64,000 bases of DNA, taken from the NCBI GenBank assembly GCA_045159875.1, contig CP067995.1, positions 608,001-672,000 on the forward strand, read 5' to 3'. A program made the translations under genes and the position numbers. The notes beneath the pieces were generated by a model, which was not told the origin of the DNA, did not search any database, and saw nothing but the letters and a program-made list of their open reading frames with translations. Positions 10,028-19,644 of the stretch are shown piece by piece (position 1 is the stretch's first letter; every line of letters starts with the position of its first letter). The DNA is from a cyanobacterium endosymbiont of Rhopalodia gibba. Lineage in GTDB: Bacteria > Cyanobacteriota > Cyanobacteriia > Cyanobacteriales > Microcystaceae.

Positions 10028-10999
10028 ATGTTAAATTACAAGGTTCAATCCCCAAAACTTTCTTCAACCCATCATAAAATTGCTGTTCTAATTCCCTGTC
10101 GTAATGAAGAATTAACAATTGCCCAAGTAGTGAAACAGTTCCGTCAAGAATTACCAGAAGCGGCGATCTATGTTTATGATAATCGGTCTACTGACGATAC
10201 TATAGCACAAGCTCATGCCGCCGAAGCCATCATTCGCTGTGAACCTCAACCAGGAAAAGGAAATGTTATTAGGCGAATGTTTGCTGATGTTGAAGCAGAT
10301 ATTTATGTGTTAGTCGATGGAGATAATACCTATGAAGTTTCCGCTATTAAGGGACTAATTGAACAACTAATTACAAAACGTCTTGATATGATGGTAGGTG
10401 CGCGTCGTTCTACAATCAAAGATGAAGGGGCTTATCGTTTGGGCCATCGCGGTGGAAATCTTTTTTTGACAGGTGTGGTTAAGCTACTATTTGGGGCTCA
10501 ACTAAAAGACATGTTATCAGGATATCGTGTTTTTTCTCGACGTTTTGTTAAATCATTTCCAGCCCTATCGAGTGGATTTGAAATCGAAACTGAATTCACC
10601 GTACACGCTTTAGAATTAAAAATTCCTTTTGCTGAAGAATATACATTATATGGGTCCAGACCGCCAGGTTCAGAAAGTAAGTTGAGGACTTTTACTGATG
10701 GTTGGCGAGTTTTAGGAACTGCTATCCTTTTATTCAAAGAAGCACGACCATTTTTGTTTTTTGGACTAGTTTTTATTGTTCTTGCTTTAATCTCAATTTT
10801 TTTAGGAGTGCCTATTTTTGGGGAGTATTTAACAACAGGGTTAGTGCCTCGATTTCCTACTGCAATTTTAGCGACTTCTATGATGTTGCTAGCTTTTTTA
10901 AGCTTAACCTGTGGTATGATTTTGGACTCGGTTGCCAGAGGTCGTCGTGAAGTAAAACGAATGGCATATTTATATCATTCATTACTAGAATCGAATTAA
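10028..10999 (+). CDS. GT2 family glycosyltransferase (polyprenol-phosphate glycosyltransferase-like)
   Basis: IPCRNEE, YDNRSTD, DGD motif, SGYRVFSR; two C-terminal transmembrane helices. Confidence 0.88.
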   Translation: MLNYKVQSPKLSSTHHKIAVLIPCRNEELTIAQVVKQFRQELPEAAIYVYDNRSTDDTIAQAHAAEAIIRCEPQPGKGNVIRRMFADVEADIYVLVDGDNTYEVSAIKGLIEQLITKRLDMMVGARRSTIKDEGAYRLGHRGGNLFLTGVVKLLFGAQLKDMLSGYRVFSRRFVKSFPALSSGFEIETEFTVHALELKIPFAEEYTLYGSRPPGSESKLRTFTDGWRVLGTAILLFKEARPFLFFGLVFIVLALISIFLGVPIFGEYLTTGLVPRFPTAILATSMMLLAFLSLTCGMILDSVARGRREVKRMAYLYHSLLESN

Positions 11000-11019
11000 T
11001 TTTCACCCAAAGAATCTAG

Positions 11020-12024
11020 ATGAAACCTTCATTACCTCCCGATACTTTAACTCTTGATAATAAATTTTTTACCCCCGAAGTTTCAATTGTAATTCCTATT
11101 TTTAATGAGGAAGAAAGCATTGAACAGCTAATTGTAAGAATTATTGCAATCTTAACGAATTGTAATTTGTCTTATGAAGTGATTTGCATTGATGATGGTT
11201 CTCAAGACAAATCCTCTCAAATTTTAAGCGAATTAACTCAAAGATTTAATCACCTCAAAGCAATTATTTTACGTCGAAATTATGGACAAACACCGGCAAT
11301 AGCAGCAGGGTTTAAATATGCAAAAGGAAAAATCATTGTAACCTTAGATGGAGATTTGCAAAATGATCCTATTGATATTCCAAGATTGATTAATAAGTTA
11401 AATCAAGGTTATGATTTAGTTAATGGTTGGCGAGAAAATCGACAAGACGATACCGTAACTCGGCTGCTTCCTTCTAAAATTGCTAATTGGGTTATTGGTA
11501 AAGTGACAGGGGTGGATCTTCATGACTATGGATGTTCTTTAAAGGCTTATCGTTCCGAATTAATCGCTGATATGAATCTTTACGGTGAATTACATCGATT
11601 TTTACCTGCTTTAGCTTACATTGAAGGAGCAAAAATTGTGGAGATGTCTGTTTCCCATCACCCTCGTCGTTACGGGAAGAGTAAATATGGGTTGGGGCGG
11701 ACTTTTCGAGTTGTTATGGATTTATTAACAGTTTTCTTTATTAAGAAATATTTAACTCGCCCTATGCATGTTTTTGGATTATTTGGACTTGGTTCAACTA
11801 TGTTAGGTATGATATTAGGGAGTTATCTGATCTTTCTCAAATTAGTATTGGGGCAGAGTATCGGCCATCGTCCCTTACTAATTTTAGCAGTATTATTAGT
11901 GCTGACTGGGGTACAATTGTTGAGTTTTGGATTATTAGCTGAATTAGTAATGCGAACCTATCATGAATCTCAGAAACGTCCAATTTATCGGGTAAGAGAA
12001 ATCATCGGCAGCCACCAAGACTAA
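11020..12024 (+). CDS. GT2 family glycosyltransferase (ArnC/GtrB-like)
   Basis: IPIFNEE, DDGSQD, RNYGQT, DGDLQNDP, GELHRFLP; C-terminal transmembrane helices. Confidence 0.9.
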   Translation: MKPSLPPDTLTLDNKFFTPEVSIVIPIFNEEESIEQLIVRIIAILTNCNLSYEVICIDDGSQDKSSQILSELTQRFNHLKAIILRRNYGQTPAIAAGFKYAKGKIIVTLDGDLQNDPIDIPRLINKLNQGYDLVNGWRENRQDDTVTRLLPSKIANWVIGKVTGVDLHDYGCSLKAYRSELIADMNLYGELHRFLPALAYIEGAKIVEMSVSHHPRRYGKSKYGLGRTFRVVMDLLTVFFIKKYLTRPMHVFGLFGLGSTMLGMILGSYLIFLKLVLGQSIGHRPLLILAVLLVLTGVQLLSFGLLAELVMRTYHESQKRPIYRVREIIGSHQD

Positions 12025-13240
12025 CCATTCAAAACTAACCATTTTAGGTTCAAATTATGAGTATAGGGATGATTTGGAAACTCGGTGTTTATTCGAAATC
12101 GATTTTTAGATAGAAATCAAAAGAAATGTTGGGTAGTTCTTCTTTATAAAGCTTTTCTTGGTGTGGGATGATCATACAATGATTTGTTTAAATATAATTG
12201 ATCTTGCTCTAATTAAACTGTTAATTCCTTTTGGTAACAAAAAGCTATTAAAATCGTAATTACCCAAGCAGGAGAAAGCATAAAAGAATCTGTAGATGAA
12301 TAATATGATTATCAAAACTTGTAAAGATGAGAGAATTTATCCAGTGCTCAGTCTTTGTATCCATGCCCTGAATCGATGGTTAAATTAACTAGTTCAAAAC
12401 TTACTTTTATCTAAAATAACTTAGGTGTAATAATAAAGTCGCTTAGGCGACTGCTGTAGCTTCTACTAATGTTGCTATAGAAGTGATAAGTCTGAATCAA
12501 TAGGTTTTTCTTCCCCCAAAGTATCTGCTTCAGTTGAGATGAATGAGTTGAGGATTAGATTTGAGAAAAGATTTCCCTTGTCTTTAGTAAAACTCTTTTC
12601 TTTTCTCGGTAGTGGTCTCTAATCCTAATTATTTTTAAAAAAGTAGAGAATAAATCGCTTTTTTCTAAAATTCACTTGTTTGTATCTATTATCTTTATAA
12701 TCCAATAACTTGTCTAAAACTGTTTTTTAAAAAAAGTATTTTTTTAAAATTTACTTATTCTAAATCAACTTAAATCTAATTATTTTTTTTAGTAATTAAT
12801 ATTACTTAAATCAACTTGTTTTGAATCTAATCGGGATAAAATAACTTTTATCTCTTCTTTAAGATTAATAAAGTAAGCTCCCTTAAACTGTAAGTAACCT
12901 CCTTGTTACACCTTTAAATGGTTAAGTGCTTAAGTTTAATAAAAATACTACACAAGTTAAATTAATTTCAGTATGATTGACTTACTTAAAATTGGCAGAA
13001 AAAATTTTTAAAAAAAATTTAACTTCATTTATTTTAATTTTAATCAAAGAAAAATTACTTAAATTAGATTATTTTAAATTAGCTCCTGATAATCCGACTT
13101 CCAATATTTTTTTGTGCTCATTGCGCTTCTTTAAGCTTAGTTTTTTTTTAAGCATTAAATAAAAAATATTAATCTTACAAAATATTGTCTTTGCTTTTTT
13201 AAAAGCCTGGTTGATAAATAAGTTTAGTTGCTATCAATAA

Positions 13241-13957
13241 TCACCAATTAACTTGAGAAGTCACTTGTATTAACCAAGGATGTACCCACCAGAATAACTC
13301 CACAAAAATGAGAATTCCTAGATAAGCTGGTTTAAAAAATTCCTGACATTTTAGAGATTGACGACCCTCAAGAATAGCTAAAAAAGGAATAATGGAAGTC
13401 CGTTTTTTCACATCAAGAAAAGCTTCTCCATAGTATTTTCTGAGGCGATAGTCTCCATGCCACACGGCAAATAAATGGTGAGTAACTAATCCTAATGATG
13501 TCACCAAAGTAAAAGTAGTCCCTAGCCATAAGGTATGAGTAATACACCAAATCACTTGACCAACCATTTGGGGATGGCGACAAATTCGAAGAATACCTGT
13601 TTCGTAAAGATGAACTTGGGGTTTAGAGATTGCCGCAATTTCCAGAAGATTAAAAGTAGCTGGATACAAAAATAAAAAAGATATAGCACTAAAAAACCAA
13701 ACGAGAGCTTTAACCCCCTGATATCTTTGAAATTGCCATAAAATTAAGCCATCATAGCGATGATTAAAAAAGTAAATAATTAAAATTATTGCCAAGGGAA
13801 TATTGACAAAGGCAAACATAACACGATAAAGTCTCGGTCCAATTTTATTTTCTCCCCAAGGACGCAAGGCTGCTAGTCCACTATGGACAATAGCAAATCC
13901 TAAAAGTAACCCTAAAATAATTCCATGACTTGGTGTTAACCAGGTTGGTAAAGCCAT
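13241..13957 (-). CDS. NnrU-family membrane protein (15-cis-zeta-carotene isomerase Z-ISO-like)
   Basis: HSGLAALR, YPATFNLLEIAAI, GILRICRHPQMVGQ, WHGDYRL, RTSIIPF. Confidence 0.85.
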   Translation of the reverse strand: MALPTWLTPSHGIILGLLLGFAIVHSGLAALRPWGENKIGPRLYRVMFAFVNIPLAIILIIYFFNHRYDGLILWQFQRYQGVKALVWFFSAISFLFLYPATFNLLEIAAISKPQVHLYETGILRICRHPQMVGQVIWCITHTLWLGTTFTLVTSLGLVTHHLFAVWHGDYRLRKYYGEAFLDVKKRTSIIPFLAILEGRQSLKCQEFFKPAYLGILIFVELFWWVHPWLIQVTSQVNW

Positions 13958-13984
13958 TAGTATTTTTGTTTTTAATTAAAAAAA

Positions 13985-14020
13985 TTAGTATGGTTTGACA
14001 TCTTTGTCAAACCATACTAA
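13985..14020. repeat. perfect inverted repeat, 16-bp arms
   Basis: TTAGTATGGTTTGACA-tctt-TGTCAAACCATACTAA between divergent genes. Confidence 0.9.
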
Positions 14021-14162
14021 AGGATTTTGATCCCCATCGTATGTTACTGTCGTTTTCAATGGGGATAAGTGTACCCTATTGAGGATATCCCGTCATCAAA
14101 GTTAAGTTAATAGTTTAAAATAGCCTTCTTGGTTAACTCCTTGCCTATTTTTTAATAAACCT

Positions 14163-15161
14163 ATGGTAGACATTCCCTTTACATTAGATCAACTCCGCAT
14201 CCTCAAGGCTATCGCTTCTGAGGGGAGTTTTAAACGGGCGGCAGATACTTTATACGTTTCTCAACCGGCTGTTAGTCTCCAAGTTCAAAATTTAGAAAAA
14301 CAACTCAATGTCCCCTTATTTGATCGAGGTGGCCGTAAAGCGCGATTGACAGAAGCTGGACATCTTCTGCTGTCTTATGGCGAAAAAATCATTACCCTCT
14401 GTCAAGAGACCTGTCGAGTGATCGAAGATCTACAAAATCTTCAAGGGGGAACTTTGACTGTAGGGGCATCCCAAACTACGGGAACTTACCTTCTTCCTAG
14501 AATGATTGGCTTGTTTCACAAAAAATATCCCGATGTTTCGGTGCAACTGCAGGTTCATTCTACCAGACGGACTTCTTGGGGGGTGGCAAACGGACAGGTA
14601 GATTTAGCGATTATTGGAGGAGAAGTTCCGAGTGAACTCCAAGAAATCTTAAAAGTCCGTCCTTATGCTGAAGATGAATTAACATTGATTTTACCAGTTT
14701 CTCATCCTTTAACTAAGGTAGAAACAATTCAAAAAGAGGATTTATACCGCCTTGATTTTATTGTATTAGACTCCCAGTCTACCATTCGCAAAGTGATAGA
14801 TAAGGTGTTAAATCGCTGTGATATCGATACAAAACGTCTTAGAATAGAAATGGAACTTAACTCAATTGAAGCAATAAAAAACGCGGTTCAAGCAGGATTA
14901 GGTGTCGCGTTTGTTTCTATTACAGCTGTTAAGAAAGAATTGGAAATGAAAGAACTTCATGTTGGCCGTATTAAAGATATAGAAGTTCAGCGAACTTTGT
15001 CTGTAATTACAAACCCAACTCGTTATCGTTCAAAGGCCGCTGAAGCATTTATTACGGAGATACTACCAGAATTCTCCAGCTATAAAGAAACCTTGGATTT
15101 CGAACTTGTTTCCCCTGATTCTGCTAATTCGTTAAAAGAACCTGCCTCTAAAATAATATGA
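14163..15161 (+). CDS. rbcR: LysR-family regulator, RbcR/Ycf30 type
   Basis: [52 protein letters not shown]. Confidence 0.85.
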   Translation: MVDIPFTLDQLRILKAIASEGSFKRAADTLYVSQPAVSLQVQNLEKQLNVPLFDRGGRKARLTEAGHLLLSYGEKIITLCQETCRVIEDLQNLQGGTLTVGASQTTGTYLLPRMIGLFHKKYPDVSVQLQVHSTRRTSWGVANGQVDLAIIGGEVPSELQEILKVRPYAEDELTLILPVSHPLTKVETIQKEDLYRLDFIVLDSQSTIRKVIDKVLNRCDIDTKRLRIEMELNSIEAIKNAVQAGLGVAFVSITAVKKELEMKELHVGRIKDIEVQRTLSVITNPTRYRSKAAEAFITEILPEFSSYKETLDFELVSPDSANSLKEPASKII

Positions 15162-15176
15162 TTTAGGGATAATCAA

Positions 15177-16715
15177 TCAATATGGAATATTGTGACGATG
15201 ATAAAGATGAAGGATTTTATCAGTCACTTCTTCTATCGTCAGCCCGTCAGTATTAATGGCAATAGCATCAGCGGCTTGACGTAAGGGAGCAAGAGAACGA
15301 TGACTATCTTGATAGTCCCTTTTTTCAATCTCTTGCTCAAGTTCTTTCAAGGTAATTCTATTGTGTCCTTGATCTTGAAAGTCTTGCCAACGCCTCCTGG
15401 CGCGCTCGGACACTGAAGCTGTCAAAAAAATTTTAAGGTCGGCATCAGGAAAAAGATTAGTTCCAATGTCCCGTCCTTCTGCAACTACTCCTCCTTTTTT
15501 CCCAAATTGTTGCTGATAACAGACTAATTTATCTCGTACAGCTCGTTGTGCAGAAACTTGAGAGACTAAGGCGGTCACTTCAGGAGTGCGAATTACTTCT
15601 GTAACATCTTCCCCATTTATCTTAAGACGAGGAAGTGTGTCGTCTGTTGTCAAGAGAAATTCTAAGGTGACTTGGGAAACTAATTCCGCAATCGCCTCGG
15701 GAGCATCGGGAGAAACTCCTGAACGTTGCACCAGCCAAGCAATTGCCCGATACATGGATCCCGTGTCCAAATAAAGTAAATTTAAGGCTTTAGCCACTCG
15801 ACGGGTAACAGTAGACTTTCCTGCACCAGCTGGTCCATCAATCGCAATAATAGGTTTACGAATCCGAAGAATGACATTATCAATTAAACGGGTTGAGCCA
15901 ACATAAGCTGCGACTGCTAATAACCCAGTATCTTCAATTTTGTCTAGGACAGTTAAGGTATCAGGATCTACTAGAGAAACGTATTGTATCTTAACCCCAG
16001 GATTTAATGCTAATTCTTGCTCGAAAATGTCGAGCAGTCGTTTTGCGATACGTTCCCCCTCATTAAAAACTTGTTGTACCTTTTTGAGCCCTTTAAATAA
16101 AGCTAGGGCTTGTTTTCGTTCTTCTTGACTTAAATATTGATTGCGGGAACTATAAGCGAGTCCCGACAATTCTCTGACAATGGGACAGCTTTTGATCGTC
16201 ACGGGTAAATTCAAGTCTCTGACTAGCTGCCTAATGATTGCAAGTTGTTGAGCATCTTTTTCTCCAAAAAAAGCGACATCAGGAGTCACAATAATCAATA
16301 ATTTCGTGACAATAGTAGCAACTCCTGGAAAATGTCCAGGACGAAAGGCTCCGCATAACGAGGAGATCATTGACAACGGTGGTATTACCGTCGTGGTAGA
16401 CTTCTGATGATTATTCTTTATACCCATCTCTTGAGGTGTGGGTGCAAATATTACCTTTACTCCTAATTCTTTGCACAGTTGACAGTCCTGCTCCAATTGT
16501 TGGGGATACTCTTCTAAATCCTCATGAGCCCCAAACTGAAGAGGATTAACAAAAATACTAACTACCACAAGATCAGTTTCAATGATAGCGCGACAAATTA
16601 GACTGATGTGTCCAGGGTGTAAAGCTCCCATCGTGGGAACTAAGCCTAAAGATAGCTCAAAGGGTTGATTTTTTAAATAGGCACGTAACCCAGCTACGGT
16701 TTTAAAAATACGCAT
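15177..16715 (-). CDS. panC-cmk: bifunctional pantoate-beta-alanine ligase / cytidylate kinase
   Basis: VPTMGALHPGH, FGEKDAQQ, SSRNQYL, then AIDGPAGAGKST. Start moved from the track's 16814 to the ATG at 16715 (MRIFKTVAGL). Confidence 0.93.
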   Translation of the reverse strand: MRIFKTVAGLRAYLKNQPFELSLGLVPTMGALHPGHISLICRAIIETDLVVVSIFVNPLQFGAHEDLEEYPQQLEQDCQLCKELGVKVIFAPTPQEMGIKNNHQKSTTTVIPPLSMISSLCGAFRPGHFPGVATIVTKLLIIVTPDVAFFGEKDAQQLAIIRQLVRDLNLPVTIKSCPIVRELSGLAYSSRNQYLSQEERKQALALFKGLKKVQQVFNEGERIAKRLLDIFEQELALNPGVKIQYVSLVDPDTLTVLDKIEDTGLLAVAAYVGSTRLIDNVILRIRKPIIAIDGPAGAGKSTVTRRVAKALNLLYLDTGSMYRAIAWLVQRSGVSPDAPEAIAELVSQVTLEFLLTTDDTLPRLKINGEDVTEVIRTPEVTALVSQVSAQRAVRDKLVCYQQQFGKKGGVVAEGRDIGTNLFPDADLKIFLTASVSERARRRWQDFQDQGHNRITLKELEQEIEKRDYQDSHRSLAPLRQAADAIAINTDGLTIEEVTDKILHLYHRHNIPY

Positions 16716-16867
16716 TTTTATTATTTGGTTATCACGAATGAATTCGGATGCATAAGGATAAGAGACAAAAGTTGACTTAGCGAAGGTTTGTATTTTTTTA
16801 CTGATGTCAAACACCTTAATATGTGCTGCGGTAATTGGAAAAGTTTTTATTCACTCATTACCAATTA

Positions 16868-17890
16868 TTATTTTAAACGTCCCAAAATTTCAATTTGTAC
16901 TGGAGCTACACCACTCCCCATCAAGCCGATCACTCGGGCTGCGCCTTTGGATAAATCAATGATCCGTCCATGGGCATAGGGACCACGATCATTGATGCGA
17001 ACGGTTATTGAACGACCGTTATTGAGGTTAGTCACCCGAACTCTCGTTCCAAAAGGAAGATTTTTATGAGCTGCTGTTAAACCGTTTTGATTGTACCGTT
17101 CTCCATTAGCAGTCAAGCGACCGTGAAATCCCGGGCCATACCAAGATGCCATTCCTTTACGAAGACTAGTTCCTTGTTTTTTGATTCCTGCTCTTAGCAT
17201 TTCTGGAGCAGCTGAGGAAATATTAGCAATGGTATTTAAGGGGAGTGCATCTCCCATCAACCGACGTAAGCGATTTGTGGCTTGTAGCGCGTCGGCCGCC
17301 AAATTGTTAGTAGTGTCTGATAAGATAGTCTGACTATCAATAGTAACAAGTTCTTTATCACTCAATTTGATTGTGTAAGATTTATCTTTAACGTTTGCAC
17401 TAACAGTGATATTTTTAGAGTCAAATTCTTCATTGTGACTCACTTCGTTTAGGCGTTTAGCGACAGTTTTAGCACGGTTCATGACATCAGTGTCAGCTTG
17501 GACTTGTTCAGAACTATTTTCGCTATTTTTAATTTTGATGAGATCGGCTTTTGTTCCAATAAAAGTGAGAATAGGTATTGTTCGTACTCTAAGCGTTACA
17601 ACCAATTTAGATTTCCACTGATGGGGATGGAGAGTAACTACCGCACTTTTATCGGAACTTTCTGTTATTGTTATCGTCCTTTTCCCTAGGAGTTCTCTTT
17701 GGTCATTATTTTGATCTCTAAAATAAAACGCTACTGAGCTATTTAAGGACCCCCACAAAAGGAGTGGTGTCCCTAAACTGGTAGTTAATACTATGGCTGC
17801 TAGTCCTTTCCAAGTTTTTTTTATCATGGGTGTTTTGTTAAGTGAGTGGTGTAATCCCTCGAAATCTCGATGATTCAGTGAATTTGGCAA
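16868..17890 (-). CDS. rlpA: RlpA-family septal lytic transglycosylase
   Basis: C-terminal ASWYGPGFHGRLTANGE, TAAHKNLPFGT, RINDRGPY, IIDLS. TTG start is preceded by GAGGAG; a downstream ATG start is also possible. Confidence 0.9.
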   Translation of the reverse strand: MPNSLNHRDFEGLHHSLNKTPMIKKTWKGLAAIVLTTSLGTPLLLWGSLNSSVAFYFRDQNNDQRELLGKRTITITESSDKSAVVTLHPHQWKSKLVVTLRVRTIPILTFIGTKADLIKIKNSENSSEQVQADTDVMNRAKTVAKRLNEVSHNEEFDSKNITVSANVKDKSYTIKLSDKELVTIDSQTILSDTTNNLAADALQATNRLRRLMGDALPLNTIANISSAAPEMLRAGIKKQGTSLRKGMASWYGPGFHGRLTANGERYNQNGLTAAHKNLPFGTRVRVTNLNNGRSITVRINDRGPYAHGRIIDLSKGAARVIGLMGSGVAPVQIEILGRLK

Positions 17891-18005
17891 TGTTGACTCC
17901 TCACGTAACTGCTTTACATTTATTTAAACTGTTACACGGTAACACGAATTTTTTATGGAGTGTTTTCTGGTAATTAGTTATGTAGATTTCTATCAATAAT
18001 TTTTT

Positions 18006-18057
18006 ATACTAATGACTTGGTCAATTATTGTGATTAGATTGACCAAGTCATTAGTAT
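18006..18057. repeat. perfect inverted repeat, 20-bp arms
   Basis: ATACTAATGACTTGGTCAAT-N12-ATTGACCAAGTCATTAGTAT. Confidence 0.9.
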
Positions 18058-18468
18058 TGTTGATGAGCGTTATTACTTAATTGCTAAGCAATCTAAGGAG
18101 ATGATACAGTTTGACCACTTATTCAATGAGCATCGTATGTGTAGTATAAAAAATATCAAAATCATATGCATAGGCAAGAATACGCAATATATTTAATATA
18201 ATCTCCATTTAATCTCCAAAAAATAAAATTATTCTTGGAGGGTTTAATTAAAATTTTCAATAAGTAAGTCGTTAATAAAATTTTTTCAAGCAGATGTAAT
18301 TAACAATTTTTAAAAAATATTTAAGTAAACTTAAATAAAAAAGTATCATTGACAATTAAGTATTGGAGTATGAAAATATAGTAGTTTATTTTATTACTTT
18401 ATAAGTTAATTTTTATTTCTATTATTATTTTTATAACTTTGTATTTCCCACTACTTAGATATATTCTC

Positions 18469-18505
18469 ACTTCCTATAGTAGCCATAACTGTTACTATAG
18501 GAAGT
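18469..18505. repeat. perfect inverted repeat, 13-bp arms
   Basis: ACTTCCTATAGTA-N11-TACTATAGGAAGT. Confidence 0.85.
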
Positions 18506-19644
18506 TATAGCTTTTTTGAAAGTTAAAATTACCGTATTACCGCACCTCAAGTTAAAAATACTTTTAGTTTTATGTATTCCATTGATTATTCTATGGATAA
18601 ACTACTAAATAGTAGAAAATTAGGATAAATTTTAGTAGGCAATTATCAATATTCAAGTTAAATTTTTTATTAAAAAAGTTAGGTTATTAAAGTTTACATT
18701 ATTGAGTGAGAAAACTTAAATTATTAAAATCTTTAATTTTAATAAAAAATTTAAAAAAAAACAAGATCATCAAATCACAGTAACTTTAAATAAAAAGTTA
18801 TCTGTGCTATTTCAAAAAATTAATACTGTGGTTGGTACTTGACCATTAAACCGATTTATAGTTGCTGAAATAGCAATCATTTCCAACAAGTAACCTTAAA
18901 ATGATTATCTCATCTTCGGGCTTTGAATCCAGGATAGCAAGTATTAATAGCTCATGAGTTAGCTACAGATTTAATCAGATCAATTGCAACAGAAAAAAAC
19001 ACAAATTTATCGATGTTCCTGCTTATAGTTAGAGAAATTAGAAAGAGCTTGTGGTAAGATTTAGTTTAAAATTTTGGATTGTATTTTTAATAAAAATTTT
19101 ATTAACTACTTTATAGTTTATAAAATTTTATAATTAACTTATAATCGCAAAAGTTGAGTATTATAAATTAATATATTAGTTAATATAAATAATTTGCCTT
19201 AGGTATTCTTTTAAAAGAAGAACATCTATCAACTATTGTTTATTTTGCTTAAAAAAATATCATTGAATAAATATGAATAAAATCTGGATATATTTTTTTA
19301 TATTCCAAATTAGTTCAGGCTCTTTCATTAAAAGAATGACAACATGAAGATGAGAAGAGAAAATAGAAAAAAAGAGTAATTGTTTGTATAAAAATGTACA
19401 ATACAGATATCATATTTAGATATAGAAGACACAATTATTGTTTTATTTAATTCTACAGACTCTAATGAAAACTGAATACATAGAGTTGAGTCTAATTGAA
19501 GTGATTAGGTGTCGATTTAATTATTAAAAGGATATATATACACCTCATCATAACTTAAAGGATTAAGTTTTATCAATATGGATAACTTTTCCCTTGTAAT
19601 ATCATTAGATATAGTAACCTAATACAGACATTGTTATTACTGCA

